Shown here: piece by piece, positions 27,701 to 41,400 of the stretch
Layout of the letters: each line of letters opens with the position of its first letter
Position numbering within the stretch: position 1 is the stretch's first letter
DNA from: Ylistrum balloti
Taxonomy: Eukaryota
Assembly: GCF_031769215.1 (NCBI RefSeq)
Contig: NW_026782457.1
Coordinates: 62,001-126,000 of the forward strand
DNA length: 64,000 nucleotides
Direction of reading: 5' to 3'
The notes under the pieces: generated by a model
Database searches by the model: none
What the model was told of the DNA's origin: nothing
Seen by the model: the letters and a program-made list of their open reading frames with translations, nothing else
Made by a program: the position numbers and the translations under genes

Positions 27701-27916
27701 CGATAAAAAATATGCAAAGATATCGTCAAGAATCGTAATGAATTATGTAGAAGAAAGTACTGTGTATTGCGCAAAGGTTTGGTGATTTTCGCTTTTTTTC
27801 TGGAAAAAAAAAACACCATTCTGTGTTTTTATGTACTTTACCTTCAAAGGTTTGGAGAAAACAAAAGCTTGCTGCACAAGCATTAAAAGAATCAGCAAGC
27901 ACATATTTTCGTTCAT
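21776..27916 (-). CDS. Secreted astacin-family zinc metalloprotease, signal-pro-astacin-EGF-CUB (BP10/SpAN/NAS-like), 10 exons, ~443 aa
   Basis: Exons 27842-27916 (signal peptide MNENMCLLILLMLVQQAFVFS), 26738-26996 (FESD Asp-switch-like motif, RNKR site), 26110-26242, 25461-25533, 24772-24972 (HEIGHVIGFYHEQSRPDRD; Met-turn SVMHY), 24246-24375, 23628-23747 (EGF), 23363-23460, 22544-22662, 21776-21899 (CUB). All phases are consistent (1332 nt). AATAAA at 21591-21596. Confidence 0.92.
22995..23345. mobile_element. Foldback/MITE, same family as 3255
   Basis: GATACTCCAGAGGTTAC...CACTTTCGCTCTCTGCA left arm, TGCAGAGAGCGAAA...TGTAACCCCTGAAATATCGAG right arm, and TTTGATGTACGTCAAA core. Confidence 0.75.
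25150..25260 (+). repeat. Dispersed retroelement-like 3' end fragment (related copy ~36620-36670)
   Basis: Both sites share GAAGACGCTTACTCTTC(C)GGAACA. Class assignment is uncertain. Confidence 0.4.
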
Positions 27917-27929
27917 CGTGACGCTGGTT

Positions 27930-27962
27930 TTGATGGCGTCCGATTTCGAGCGCCTTTATATA
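27930..27962 (-). promoter_or_regulatory. TATA box and Inr-like start of the astacin gene
   Basis: TATATAAAGG at 27962-27953, ~30 nt upstream of CATCAAAA, with the ATG ~15 nt further on. Confidence 0.7.
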
Positions 27963-30397
27963 GGATAAGTTCTCTCATAAATAACCTTAGAAAACTTCCG
28001 CGTCCTTCCATGGTAACGCTTCAACCATTGATGGATGTTTATCTGGTGTAAATTAATAGGACACAGTTTGAGGCAAGGCTATTGTTCGACAATGATGTAT
28101 GACATATAAAATAAGGACATGGCCATTCGAACACCACATTTTACCAGGAAGGGACCTTTTTATCAGTTTGATAGTATTGATGTATTAACGGCGAAATCAC
28201 CAATAAATTGTGAACTTGTTAAGTCTTAGTATGGACCACTCTGATATCAATCGACATAATTTATGTCTTCCCTAACTTCCTGGGACATACCCTACGTAAT
28301 TAACATACGACATCAGGTCGCCAGGTTTTTCTACAGAAAACACCGTACGCCAGGGTAACATGTATGACATCCAATCGAGAAGAGGGGAAAGTTAATAGAT
28401 CACAAATATCCGCTTCATATCGATCTGATTGATTGATAGATAATTAAGAACAAACACTGACCGCCTACATACACTTCTCGGTAAGAACAAAATGGGACAT
28501 CTCGTTTTGTAACGTCATGATTAGTGGAAAATACAACTTTTAATGACTGGCACCTTACTTCTTTATACACAAGTTTTAAATGGAAAAATATCCATTTCCT
28601 AATTAACTATATTATTTGGATTATTTATATATCAATACGGTGTTTTTAGGGTCTGGATAATTTATAGAAGAGGTAGAACAAAAACTAGGAATGCATTAAT
28701 TTCCATACATATCTACTCAGTAAAAAGGAAAGGTGAACACAACTTCGTGTGACAGTTGATCTATTTTCACTTGAACAGTGTCACGGTTGAGAATATACAC
28801 ATGTACTTGACGTTCTTTAAGATTTTCTGATATTTAAGTTGAATTTTGGTGCTAGTAGATTAATGAAGTAATAATAACGATACAAGCAAGTGAATTGTCA
28901 AATTTTCGAGATAATCCGCCACTTTATCAAGATACAAAATATGACATAAATAAAATATAAGTTACATCACATACATAGAAAATAAAACAGAAGCAAAGTT
29001 ATAAACGAAAATCGGGAACGATAGTGTAAATTTAGGTGTCTCGATAATCCTTTCGGTCGATGGACGCCGAAGGCCCTTTAAAAGGGCAAGAAACCCATCT
29101 GAAGTTGTTGTATGAAAGATGGTGATTCAAGTATCAAAATGTCTTCTAGAAATCTCGGTACATTGTGTACGATAAAGAATGAGCGACTTCTTTAAATAAA
29201 AGTTTGATAAAATATAACATCCACATCAATCACGTATGACAAATTACCATAGCTGGCCAACATATTCCATGCGCCCAATTAAACCCAGATAAATAAATAT
29301 CCAGATGCGTCAGTTCGATGTCTGTTTAAACAATTAACATCAACTATGTTAAATATAATCCGCGGCATGACATAAATGGTGTACGTGTCAATAGTAAACA
29401 TTGATCGTCTCTCCTAGCGCCCCAAATCACCATTAACCAGGTCACGAAGTAATCGATAACATAGTCATTGTTCAATAACTACAAATGGTTCGGGGTTGTC
29501 TGTCCAGTTTCCAAAGATGAGTTTTAATTTCGGGCACAGGTGTCTTAAAGAAACACATTCAGCACGCATTTTAATTCAAACATTTGATTGGTATTTCTAG
29601 TTTCATTGTATTTAAAGATACTATTCACTTGTGTCTTTTTACTTGGATAAGAACAAAACAACCACAATGTAATATGTTAGTTTGCTATAGTGTGTCTAAC
29701 TACACTGTACTGGAAGTGCTATTTATTTTTTCTTTCGTTTGATTCCAAATTCTTTTCAACAAAATATGTAACTGAACTACAGAATACTACTTTAAAAAAA
29801 AAATCTATTTTCTCCTGTTTAAAGATTAAGACATGTTTTTCTTTGTGTGAAGGTTTGTACTTGTTTCTTATATGTTGTTTCGTTATATAACTACTGCCAT
29901 TACAAATATCTAACAATCTGTGATGCAAAACGGAGGTCAGATATTACCTAGCGAAGATGTGATTGGCTGCATATTCTGATTTTTATACCCTTGTCCCAAA
30001 TTAGTAATGATACTAAAAGTAGTGATTTGAGAAGAAAGTAACTGTCGCACCATGAACCTCATGAAATGGAATGTTATTGAATTCTTGATCAATAATTTCC
30101 AAACAGGAAGTCGTTTTTGATATACCTGGGAAGATACGATAAACATTTCCAAAGATTTCCAAAGTTTCTTTTTAATTTCGTATCTTACAAAGAAATCTCT
30201 TATCAGATTACGAAACAAATGTTGACAACAAAGCGAATGTTATGTTTGATATCATTTTGGTGTGTTTGACCAGTGATGTTTTAAACTGTCTGTTTTTCAT
30301 GTTATGTTTGGATGATAATAGGTTGGCCTTATGTACATATATCAACGTCGGTTAAATTGAGACTTGGTGTAGAACTAGTGTATTGTTTAAAGTTACG

Positions 30398-30778
30398 ATG
30401 AATATTTCATGCCGTGGTGTATTGTACAGAATAAGTAACGACGAAGTATGATTTTTCGATGAATATTTCATGCCGTGGTGTATTGTACAGAATAAGTAAC
30501 GACGTGGTTTGTTAAAACCATGAATATTTGACGTCGTGGTGTATTGTACAAAATTCATTAAATACGTGGTTTGTTATAACCACGAATATTTGACGTCGTG
30601 GTGTATTGTACAGAATAAGTAACGACGTGGTTTGTTAAAACCATGAATATTTGACGTCGTGGTGTATTGTACAAAATTCATTAACGACGTGGTTTGTTAT
30701 AACCACGAATATTTGACGTCGTGGTATATTGTACAAAATTCATTAACGACGTGGTTTGTTATAACCACGAATATTTGA
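30398..30778. repeat. 61/62-bp minisatellite, ~6.2 copies
   Basis: Units start at 30398, 30459, 30520, 30582, 30643, 30705 and 30767. Core GAATATTTGACGTCGTGGTGTATTGTACA. Confidence 0.95.
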
Positions 30779-32469
30779 TTCTGAGGCATAATTGTTGTCT
30801 TAAAATGTATATCCAAGTGGTAAAATAGAATGCACTTCTCTCTACTATAATTCTTATCGTACAATTCTGAATAAATTAACTGAACACGGAGACTACGTGC
30901 CTTTAAGGTAATACCTATTACTTTGATGAGATTAATACCTATGTCCTTTGTGTGTACAGATTAAAGCTCTCTATGTCAGCTTACCCACCGCTTTAGCGAT
31001 ACACCGTTTTGGTGTTTATTTTCCATAGGGTTCGTGATTAGGCGCGGATTATCATTTACAATAAACACTGGCGATACGGGTCTATGGGCTCTCCAGACAC
31101 ACGGTATTAGAACGATAGCCGAATGTTTAAGTTCGTGACTCCAAAACCCATTTCGGTCGAGAGCACTATACAGCTGACCAATAGTGAACACTACTACCAG
31201 GTCCAGTTCTGGGAGATGATGGATCATGGTGGATCACCATTAAGCAATAATAAGTCAGGGATTTTTATGTCGTGAGCATCGTATACAGAAATTTCCGCAG
31301 GGTAAGTTTTCATATCGTTGAATTGTATTATTTCTCTAATGTGGTAGCCAAAACATAATTATATATATATATCGTTTCCCTTGATTGTAACGTTGATCGG
31401 ATTAATATATTTATTTTGTTTTGACTTCTTAGACTAATATATACACCACGCAATGATTTAATAAAACATAATGAAAATGTAAGTCACATAATATATTTAA
31501 ATAAATATTGTTTCACGTTTTGCTTTACAATTCATTTTAACGGCTCACTTTCTCAACAACCTTTAAAGAAGAACATCATATGTATTAAAACGTTAACAGA
31601 TACCGTACATGGACAATAATGACATCTTATTGTGAGCAACTGATATTAGCGGAATTGATATTTCAGAAACGACATGTTCATGACATTTTGTGCCTTTGGT
31701 GAGATGTATGGCTTACTTATAAAGTTAGTTAAATAACAAGTCCGTGAAAATGACGTTTTCACAATAGAGCAACGCACATAATCACAACAAATACCATTGT
31801 ACCAATACGTTTCAAAAGGATTTAAAGAAATATCTTAAAGGTACTGAACTGCTACTGTTTACATAGGGTATGAGATAACAGAACTTTTTCAGCTTCAAAT
31901 TTTGACATTGATAGTATAATAGTAATGGTTGTATCACTCCCATCAGTCCCTGATAAACATATATCTAATATATAACACTATATCATTATATCCATAATGT
32001 ACAAGTACATTTTCCACTTTCAACAGATAATTCCAATCTATTCGCGTCATTACTGCGAAGTTTAACCTATAATATATTTTTCCGACATGCTGTTGGAAAC
32101 TAAAATATCTCAATGCATATGCACCATAATAAAATATCTGTTAACCATGAGTAAGATTATTGGTTCACTACATACATGTAAGTGCAAGCTTAAAGTTGTC
32201 AGCTGGTTATCTGATCAAGTCTATGATAATATTCATCTATTTAGAATTTCTTCACTAATCTGCAATAAAGCTCTTGGGTTATCTTATCCGTTTCCAATGA
32301 AGTTTTTTGTTTCTATAATATTTGGAGAAGTCGCTGATGAATATTAAACGTTTCGAGAGTATCTTGTTCATTTTCCACTTTCGGAATAAATAATCTAGTC
32401 ACTAATGAAATCTGTTTATGTTCAAACAAATATGTTAAACATTTCTGTGTTGTTGTTTTTTTTTTACAG

Positions 32470-35400
32470 ATGGACGGGGCCTTTCAGTGTCGGTCACCAA
32501 TACTAAGCACAACTCCCTCGCTCCCTAGCATACCACGACCTGCGTCAATTAACCTTAAGTCAGAACGAAGCTTTGGAAGCGGTAGATACTCAAACAGCAG
32601 TGGCATGAAACTTCCAAACAGTGCAAAAATGCGGAAAAAAATATCAAAAGAACAACATTCTCGTAGTAATTCCAAAAACAGCGATAGGAACAGCCCTTGT
32701 TCTGCGTTGTCAAAGACATCAGCAGAAATTCGTAGGACGGCGTGGATGACAGGAAAGGTTTTAGGCGATGACGTGTACGAGGAAAAGAAGGAACGACTTT
32801 TAAGAACGTCTAAATTAAAGAAGGATCTGGAAGTATATTTTAATGTTGAAACTCCAAGTCGATTAGCAAAAAGGACTTGGGTAGAGAGTGATGATGACGA
32901 ATACGATACAGACCTCGATACTGATTTAGGTAAGTGTTTCATTAAGGGTAAAGAAATTCTTTGAAGAAAATAAAAATACAACTGAAATGTCTCAATTAAA
33001 CACAATAAGATTTATTTGTATAGTCTGATTAAATATGTACGACGTAACTGAACAAAGAGTTATTTCATCTCTTATTTACATTGTAAACAAAGAGGCCTAC
33101 ATCGCTCACCTGGTTTAGCAGAAATTGTTCCATCTAAACTTAATGACAAGCAAACATTTGAAAGATCTATATCTATTTCCCCATGTGAGCCTGCCTTTTC
33201 CAGCCCTGGTGGCCGCGCCCAACCAGAGAATTTTGATCTACCAGCCCTTTTCGGTCCCGTCCCTCAATTCTTAAGGGGCAAAAAAAAATGTTTTCCTTTC
33301 TTATGAATGCTTCTGAACAAATCTGGTCAAAATCCACTATGACTTTAAAATCATCGGTCCTTCGAACTAAGTGAGTTAAAGAGATTCACATCCTCAAACA
33401 GACAAGGTAATATCAAGACGGACTGATAATGGCACGTTTATAGTGTAATCACCCTGAAATATTCAAAACACGGAAACGGTAGCACGACAGCCCCATCCGA
33501 TCTAATCAGAGAAGTCAGGCTAATTAGTCCCTGAATTCCATAAGTAATGCTGTGCGACAAATATTGAGCATGAAGTACCATATAATGATTTTGGTAGCTT
33601 TGTAACAGAACATCCAGTCTCCCTTACTTTGTAATAATTGACACTCATGGAACGAATTAAGTAACGAACTATCTGCTAGGCCGTGCCATTTAATAAAGAG
33701 AGTAACGATGAATGGTAAGAAAATGGCTGAACGATGACACGTTATCAGAATACTCATTAGATACTGGCAAGTAGCTAGAAATATAAAGTGAATTTAATGA
33801 GCGCTAAGTAGTGAATTGATAACTCATACTTCAAAGAGATTTCATATATAATAGTATGGATTTATTTTTTTAATATAATTTGATTACTCTGCTTTGTACA
33901 TGTAAATACCGGATTAGTTGCTATTTCATATATGTATATTACATGATTATACACAGGTAATCAATTTACTGATATTGGCAGACAAACAATCTTGTGTTGA
34001 CGATACAGTAATGTAAACTTACAGTATAGAATAGTTATATTGGGATAGTCATTTTATTGATTCCTCAAAAGTGTGTTAACTTATTCATTTAATTCCCCTG
34101 GGTATAACATCTACCATAACGATGGTTGTAAAGAATTAATTGATGAAAACATTTACTTAGCCTCCAAGGTAAATACAAATAATGAAACGTAAATATTGAT
34201 AGATATCTCTCAGGTACAATTGCTGCAATACTGTCGCGTAGATCATAAAATTTCGTTCACTCTGACTAAGGATATATCTTGTACATAATACAATAGGGGT
34301 GTCATCACCGATACTCATGTAATTATGATCTCTTCACTCTCTACACCCCTGAAACATGTCATGGCGAAGCTGAAGGCAGAAGCGAAGTAATTTGATGGTT
34401 TCAGAAGAAATAATATGACGATTACAAAAGAGCAACATCAAACTTCAAAGCCATAACAATATACCGTTATACGACCTCGAGATTCGTTTGATGTACATTA
34501 AAGGATCAAACTAGTCTTTTCGTTTTGTCCATAAGTTGTCGCGTGGAACCATCATGTTCCAAGGTTGCAGAGAGCGAAAGTGCTGTAGGAGTGTGTTATA
34601 TGTATGCATATGATTATGTTGTACACGATCAGGGTTAGTAATTGAGATATTGTTGATGTTGATACCTTCACAGTGAGGAGCTAATAAACATAATGTTCGA
34701 CATCAAATATTGACATATTATTAACTTGAGCTTGAAGCATATCAGACACGGTATAACAGGTTTTTTATCCTGAACCTTCGGATAAATATTATGCATTGTA
34801 TCAGGAGTTGTTGCAAATAAACACCAATCATACTGGGAAATATTTTACTCGTATCTGGTGCGGGCGTCAACATCACGAATTATGTCGTCGTGTTAATGAT
34901 ACAAATTAATTCTGCGACCCTAACCTCCATAAACCAATGTAAACTGTTACTTCTAACAATTTGCTGCTGTTATTAGTAATATTTTTGTGCATTTTATAGA
35001 AAGGAAAATAATGTCTTGTGACAATAACTTGTAATGATGATCATTTTACACAACAGCTTATAAGACCTTTAACTCTGACATGTTACGTAATCTCTCAGGT
35101 AAATGGGTGAAATTACCCTGGCTATGCTGCCACAAATGACATTTATATCACTCCATGGTTACTATTACTTATTATTAAATTCAGCCGTGTGTGTCTACAC
35201 AGTTATACCAACATTTTTCACCATGTTACCTTGGCCATGAACTTTTACCATATTTGAAACGTTGTGCATTCGATTATCACATGCCTTACACAGTATAGTT
35301 TTAATGTCCCACTTCATAATTTTATTGCAACATGGTTCCATAAACACATCTTGTTATGAATAATGTTTTTGTGCCGACACGATCTTCCTTTTTAATGACT

Positions 35401-38400
35401 TCATACGTAGTGTGAAAGGCAAAACAATTCTGATTACTGACAGATATCATAAACTAATACATATTGATATGATAAGCATGACATTTTACAAACAAATAAA
35501 AACATGACTATGGCAAAAATATGACATACAAACATATAATAGTTACCTCATGATTAATTTACATACTACAATTATGTAGGTATGGAGCTGATAATTGATG
35601 AGAGGACGAAGCAGATTAAGGATGACGGTGACTTCCCTGAATATAAAAACCTGTGCCGAAAGCTTAAAACAGTACCGAACAACTACTTTATACGGCACTC
35701 TGTGGACGACGAGCTGACTATGCGACACCGCTACCTCAGTGCGAAGGACTGTCAGGCCATTGGCTGGGAGGTGGAGGTTAGTGCTAATTAAGTTTAAGTA
35801 AAATCAGTTTACAACGTCACTGTCTCTACATTGTGTTACATTCAGATAGTGATTTGATAAAAGGCAGGTGTTCACAGACATGTCCAGTTTCATGTACAAC
35901 TGCATTCTCGATACTCCAGGGGTTATAATCACTTTCGTTCTCTGCACCCTTGAACATGCCATGGTAAAACTGAAGGCACAAATGATGTATCTTTATTGGT
36001 CATATAAGAAAAAATTGACCAATTACAGGTTAATACGCTCCTTTTGAAGATAACAAAACAGTGACACACAGCTTCAAATCGATTACAATATATCATTAAG
36101 TGTCTTCGAGATTCGTATGATGTACATCAAAAGATCAGAAAAGTCCTTTCGTATTGTTCACAAGGTGTCACCCATGTAACCTTCAATTTTGTCATGACAT
36201 ATTCCAGGGATGTAAAGAGCGAAGTGTATAAGATAAGTGAAGACATCTATCCCGAAAGTGCCTCCCTAAAACTTTCAATAATTTATGATTCACAGAACCA
36301 CTTGACATTTAAGAAAGTAGACCTCGAAGACAATGGATTGGGTCCCAAACAGATGATTGCTCTGGCTGAGATGCTGCTGAAGAATAAATATGTCACGGAA
36401 GTGGTAAGAATATAATCAGAGTAACACTAGCAATATACACGTATTTACCAAAATGTATTTAAGCTTTTAAAGCAGAATATATACCCTATATAGCCATTTT
36501 TTAAAATTCTGATCATGCCGAGTGTAAGATTTCTGAAGAAATGCGACGTAGTAACATCTTTCTTTCTTGAGAACTTGATGTTACTTATTTAAATTGTCCA
36601 ATATCTACATGCAAGATTTCGTCGATCAAGAAGAAGACGCTTACTCTTCGGGAACATCTGGCCTTATTATTTATACATTTTTTCGTTGCTCTCCGTGCGA
36701 ATCTTTTTTTTTTTATCAAATTTTGTATTGATTTAAGATTCATGTTGGTTATTTCTTATTTGTTTTCGTAGAATTTCACTAATATTGTGATAAGTCACTA
36801 TCAAGCTGTTGAAATGTTTCCTTTGTACTTTGTAGAATCTTTCTAACAACCCTATGGGTAGTTTTGGATCACATATCTCAAAGATCATTTTACTCAATAA
36901 CTCACATATCGTCAAGGTCGACTTAACAGGTAAGTCATCAACACTTGCAATTTATAGGGGCAGCTAACTACATGCACCCTAGTTTTACTACAGATGTTCT
37001 CACAGTTCACTTTTAATCCCGTTTTTGAAATAAACATCATATGCGACATCGTATCGCTCCTGTCTATATATAGCTATACTTTCATTTTAGAGTACCTATC
37101 TCCGACTTCTCTGTTTTAGGTAATGATTTCGGCATACAAGGAGGTGAAAACTTTGCTGAAGTTATAGAGGTTTGTTTGCTTTTATTTATTTATCTAATTA
37201 CTTATTTAAAACTGCAACAGAAAGTAAAGATATCGGTATTATACTATAAAGTAGTTGTCATGTCTTCTTCACAAAAATAAGTAGCATGTTATGTGTTTAA
37301 CACTTCATTATTTACGTGGTTGACGATGTGCATTTGCCTTGCAGACAAATGTCTACCTGAAGGAGATACGACTAGGAAAAAACAAGATCGAAGATGCTGG
37401 GGCTATAGCAATAGGACGTGCTCTAGGTAAGAAGACCGCGTGATCTCCCTGTTGTTATCGAATAGTATTCCATACGATACTCAGATTTCCTTCATTCTCA
37501 ACAATTATTCGTACTTTAGATTTCCTTTTGGCTCTTGCATCTTTATTTGATAAGAAGTCCAAATAGTTAAGGGTGGCGCGGAGAAACATAATCTTTCATT
37601 TTACTTATTTTCAAATAATCTCTTCAAATATTTCGCTCTCATCTTTTTTTAAATGTATAAATATTGTATAAGCATTCTTGCGATATTTCGTAAATTTTTA
37701 ATATTTTTACACATGTAACGCAATGAGGCCTACATAGAAACTGATATGTTATTGTTTTAGAGGCTAACGTCACACTAGAATACTTGGACCTCAGCTGGAA
37801 TAAGATTGGGAAACAAGGGGCTGCCAAGATAGCAACGGGTATCAAGGTATACAAATATATAACAGAGATACAGTAGAAACCCGTTATCTCGAATCCGATG
37901 AAATGCTTCGAATTAAACGGGGTTTTCGAGTGATACGAGTTCAAGATAACGAGATTCGACTGTAAATCATAGTATTCCGACTAAACAATGTCCGCTAACG
38001 AAAATATCATTGTTAATCAGTATTTCACCAGCTAAAACCTCCGTAATTTAGAATTATCCAAACTCTAAAAATGTTAAGACCCTGAAATTTCAAGATATGA
38101 ACATTTATTGGCAGGTTCTGAAGGTACAGCGACATATGAACAAATTCTAACAAATAAAACAGTAGTATAATCATTAGGTGGCAAACATTGGGCAGCATTC
38201 GATTGTGCAGATCACCTCAGCCCTTGGAAAGCTTAATTGCACCACGCGATGGAACCAGGGGGAGCTTCTATATCAAATATCTTATCACATATTTTGTGTT
38301 CCAAACGTCATGGAACATCTGTTGTCAAAAATCATGTCGAACCTTGTTATCTCGAATTCCTTTACCCTGAAGACCCCGTTTAATTTCGTCTGACTTTTCA

Positions 38401-41400
38401 CAAAACATTTGATCTCACATAAATCGAATCCTCTGATAACTTGAAGTTTTCCAACTTCGAAATAATGAAGTTTGACTGTAGCTTGTTTATATGACATGAA
38501 GCCCTGAGATAAGCATTACTGTAGTGCATTGCTTTGTATAAAGACAAATAATGGATAACCCGTAGCGCTCAGAACGTCTATTGTCATTCATAATTTCAAA
38601 TCAATGATAAATATACATGGATACCTGAAGACTTGGATTTTTTTTCTATTAATTCGTTGTTTAAATGCTTTGTCATGATGCAAAAAGTCAGTATCCTTAA
38701 AGTGAAGCAGTTCTGTGAAGTATTTCGGATTGTCTGTTCCGATGTCATGTCAATGTTTATTAGAACAAAACTCGCTTAAGTGGTCCCACGTGATTTCTCG
38801 CAATATAGCCATATACAATTGTACAATCATTCGACTCATAAGATTTTCTGTTTTTACGATTTATCAATTTGCAGTTGTATAACATCAATCATTAGCTTCA
38901 CATTTGTTATTTTGGCAGGTTAACTCCACACTAAAGACATTGATTCTTTCAATGAATGGCCTTGGAAATTCTGGGTGCCAGGTCATGATGGAGGGTCTAC
39001 GTGGAAACGAGGCTCTAACTACCCTTGACCTTAGTGCAAATCGAATCACCGATGCCGCTGTGGATTACATCATTAGAGTGCTTCCTTACCACAAATCTCT
39101 CACGTCACTCAAGGTACATTACAGGATTTTAATTGATGTCACAAAACTTAATCTTTCTTTTAAAATATATAATTTTTTTCTTATTTTATGTCATTTGGTT
39201 GGTAGAAACGTTACTGAACTGTCAGTATACATTCAATGCATTTAGCAATCAGCATTAATGACTTAATTGTAGCTATGTACCAACTAATGACATTTTTTTT
39301 AGTTCTCAAAATTTATCATTTTTATACCGTTGTTATGGTATTTATCTTAACAATACAAAAACGAGTATCGGAGTATTAGATAAACGACATTTTGTTTTTA
39401 TAAGAATATATTTCTGCTAATCTTTGTGATCTTTGGATATGAAACCAATTGCTATCTTTTTAGTTATCTCACAATCAACTGTCTGCTGAGGGAGCATTTA
39501 AGATACTCAAACCGTTGACCTCCAAGTTCAGGAAAAAACTCAGCTACCTTGAGTTGGATGTAAGTATATCTAAACATTCTTCTGGTCGTATGGAATATTT
39601 AATGTTAATCGTTACATCTTCGGTTTAAGTAATAGTATCCCGCACACTCTACAACTCCAAATCCAAGTGTTTATTTAAATATTACTATAAATGTGAATTT
39701 CCATTTCTAGATACGATTTTTTTAATTCTAATGAATATTCGTATTATATACTTCTAAAGGGAACGGATGTGAACTCTGACCTAATGGAAGTCATAGAAAA
39801 TTTGAACGCGAGGCGAGGATTGGTTATTTCTATCAAGCGGCCTCCATCTCGTCGATCTAAAACCCTGGATCAGTTGACTCGAGTATTGTCAGCAATATGT
39901 AGATTTTTGATAAAGGAAGGTCTTGATATCAAAACAGTGTTTCCAGATCTGGAGAAGGAAAGGGAGGAGAGTTATACCACTTACGATATTATAGAGATAA
40001 TACGGGTAAGCTTACACACAGACTCTTTCAAAACACAAAACCAACGAGTTTAAGTTAATGTTTCATAGAAGGGCAGCAGTGAGTATTGGTAGAATTTTTT
40101 TGTGTTGACAAAGAAAAACTAGCATTACGATATCCCATGCTGTGTTCTTATGACAAAGAAATATTACATGGATTTGTCATATATTCCCGACCGACAGTCC
40201 ATATCTATGTATCATAGTAACAATAATAAATACAAATGGACTGTGGATCGGGAATTTGAACAAATCCCTTTGAGAAATATTGACCGGGGGTGATATTGCA
40301 GCGTGATGACGCTAGTTTTTTTTACCCGGCCACTGCTCACGAAATTCTCCTTAACTTAAAATTGCCAATAAAAAGCATTACAAAATTTATTAACTTTGAG
40401 TTTTTCTTTAATTTAAGTAATGTTTTTACAGTAGTTAAGCTTTCCCTAAATTAAGGAAGATTCGTGAAACGGGCCTGTGTGTTGAATCTGCGTTATATTT
40501 GACCTCTTTACATTCACGCACAGGCATCTTCATCACCATGTCTTAGAGTCATAAAATGTTTTACAAGTTGTGTTGTTGTTTTGATAGTCTACATAAAAAT
40601 TTACTTAAATCTGATTTCATCCACTTTTTTTTATTTCATATTGGATTACATTTTGTACTCCCACTTTTATGCATCAATAGAACTGTGGAGAGGAATTCAA
40701 TCGGACACAGGTGACAGAGCTGAGAAAAATTTGCAAGGAGTTACGCCATAGAACTTTGCTGTTGAAGTATGTATATATTATCCCGTTTTGCACTGTACGT
40801 GTATGAAATTGGTTACATTTATCTACGAATTGTCTTTAGTCATCTGTAAGTTCATCCTCAATACTCCCGAGGTTACACTTACTATGGCTCTCTGCACTCC
40901 GGAGCATTTCATGGCCAAATTGCAGACACAGGCGAAGTAATTTGATTGGTCTGTAGCGGGTTTCAGGGAAACAAAGTGACCAATCACAGGCTAAAAGGCT
41001 TCTTTGAAGAATACAAAGGAGCGACACCCAATTTAAAAGCCAGTGCGTGACAGATAGCGCAAAAAATCGAAACCCGTGGAGTATCCACGATATTCTAACT
41101 TTAAACAAATGGAAATACTTTTAAAATCTATTCGGTGAAAGGGTGTAATATCATTTCCTCCATTATATCGAAAAAGCTGTTGTACATAAATATATGGAAT
41201 TACAACTCAGAGGTATAGATGTATCATATTTGTAAAACTGAAATGCTTCTAATTGCTATTGTATGTAAGACCGTAATATCATCACCTAGATTTTAAAGTG
41301 TTACAATGAAGTATATATCTCGTAGCGTGAAATAAAGCCTGCGAGTGTTTCACTGCGTTCATAGTACCATAAACACATGAAAATCGTAGTTCAATCTTCA

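Noticed and set aside
32484-33005. 173-aa minus ORF
   Set aside because: Antisense shadow of the first LRRC74-like coding exon.
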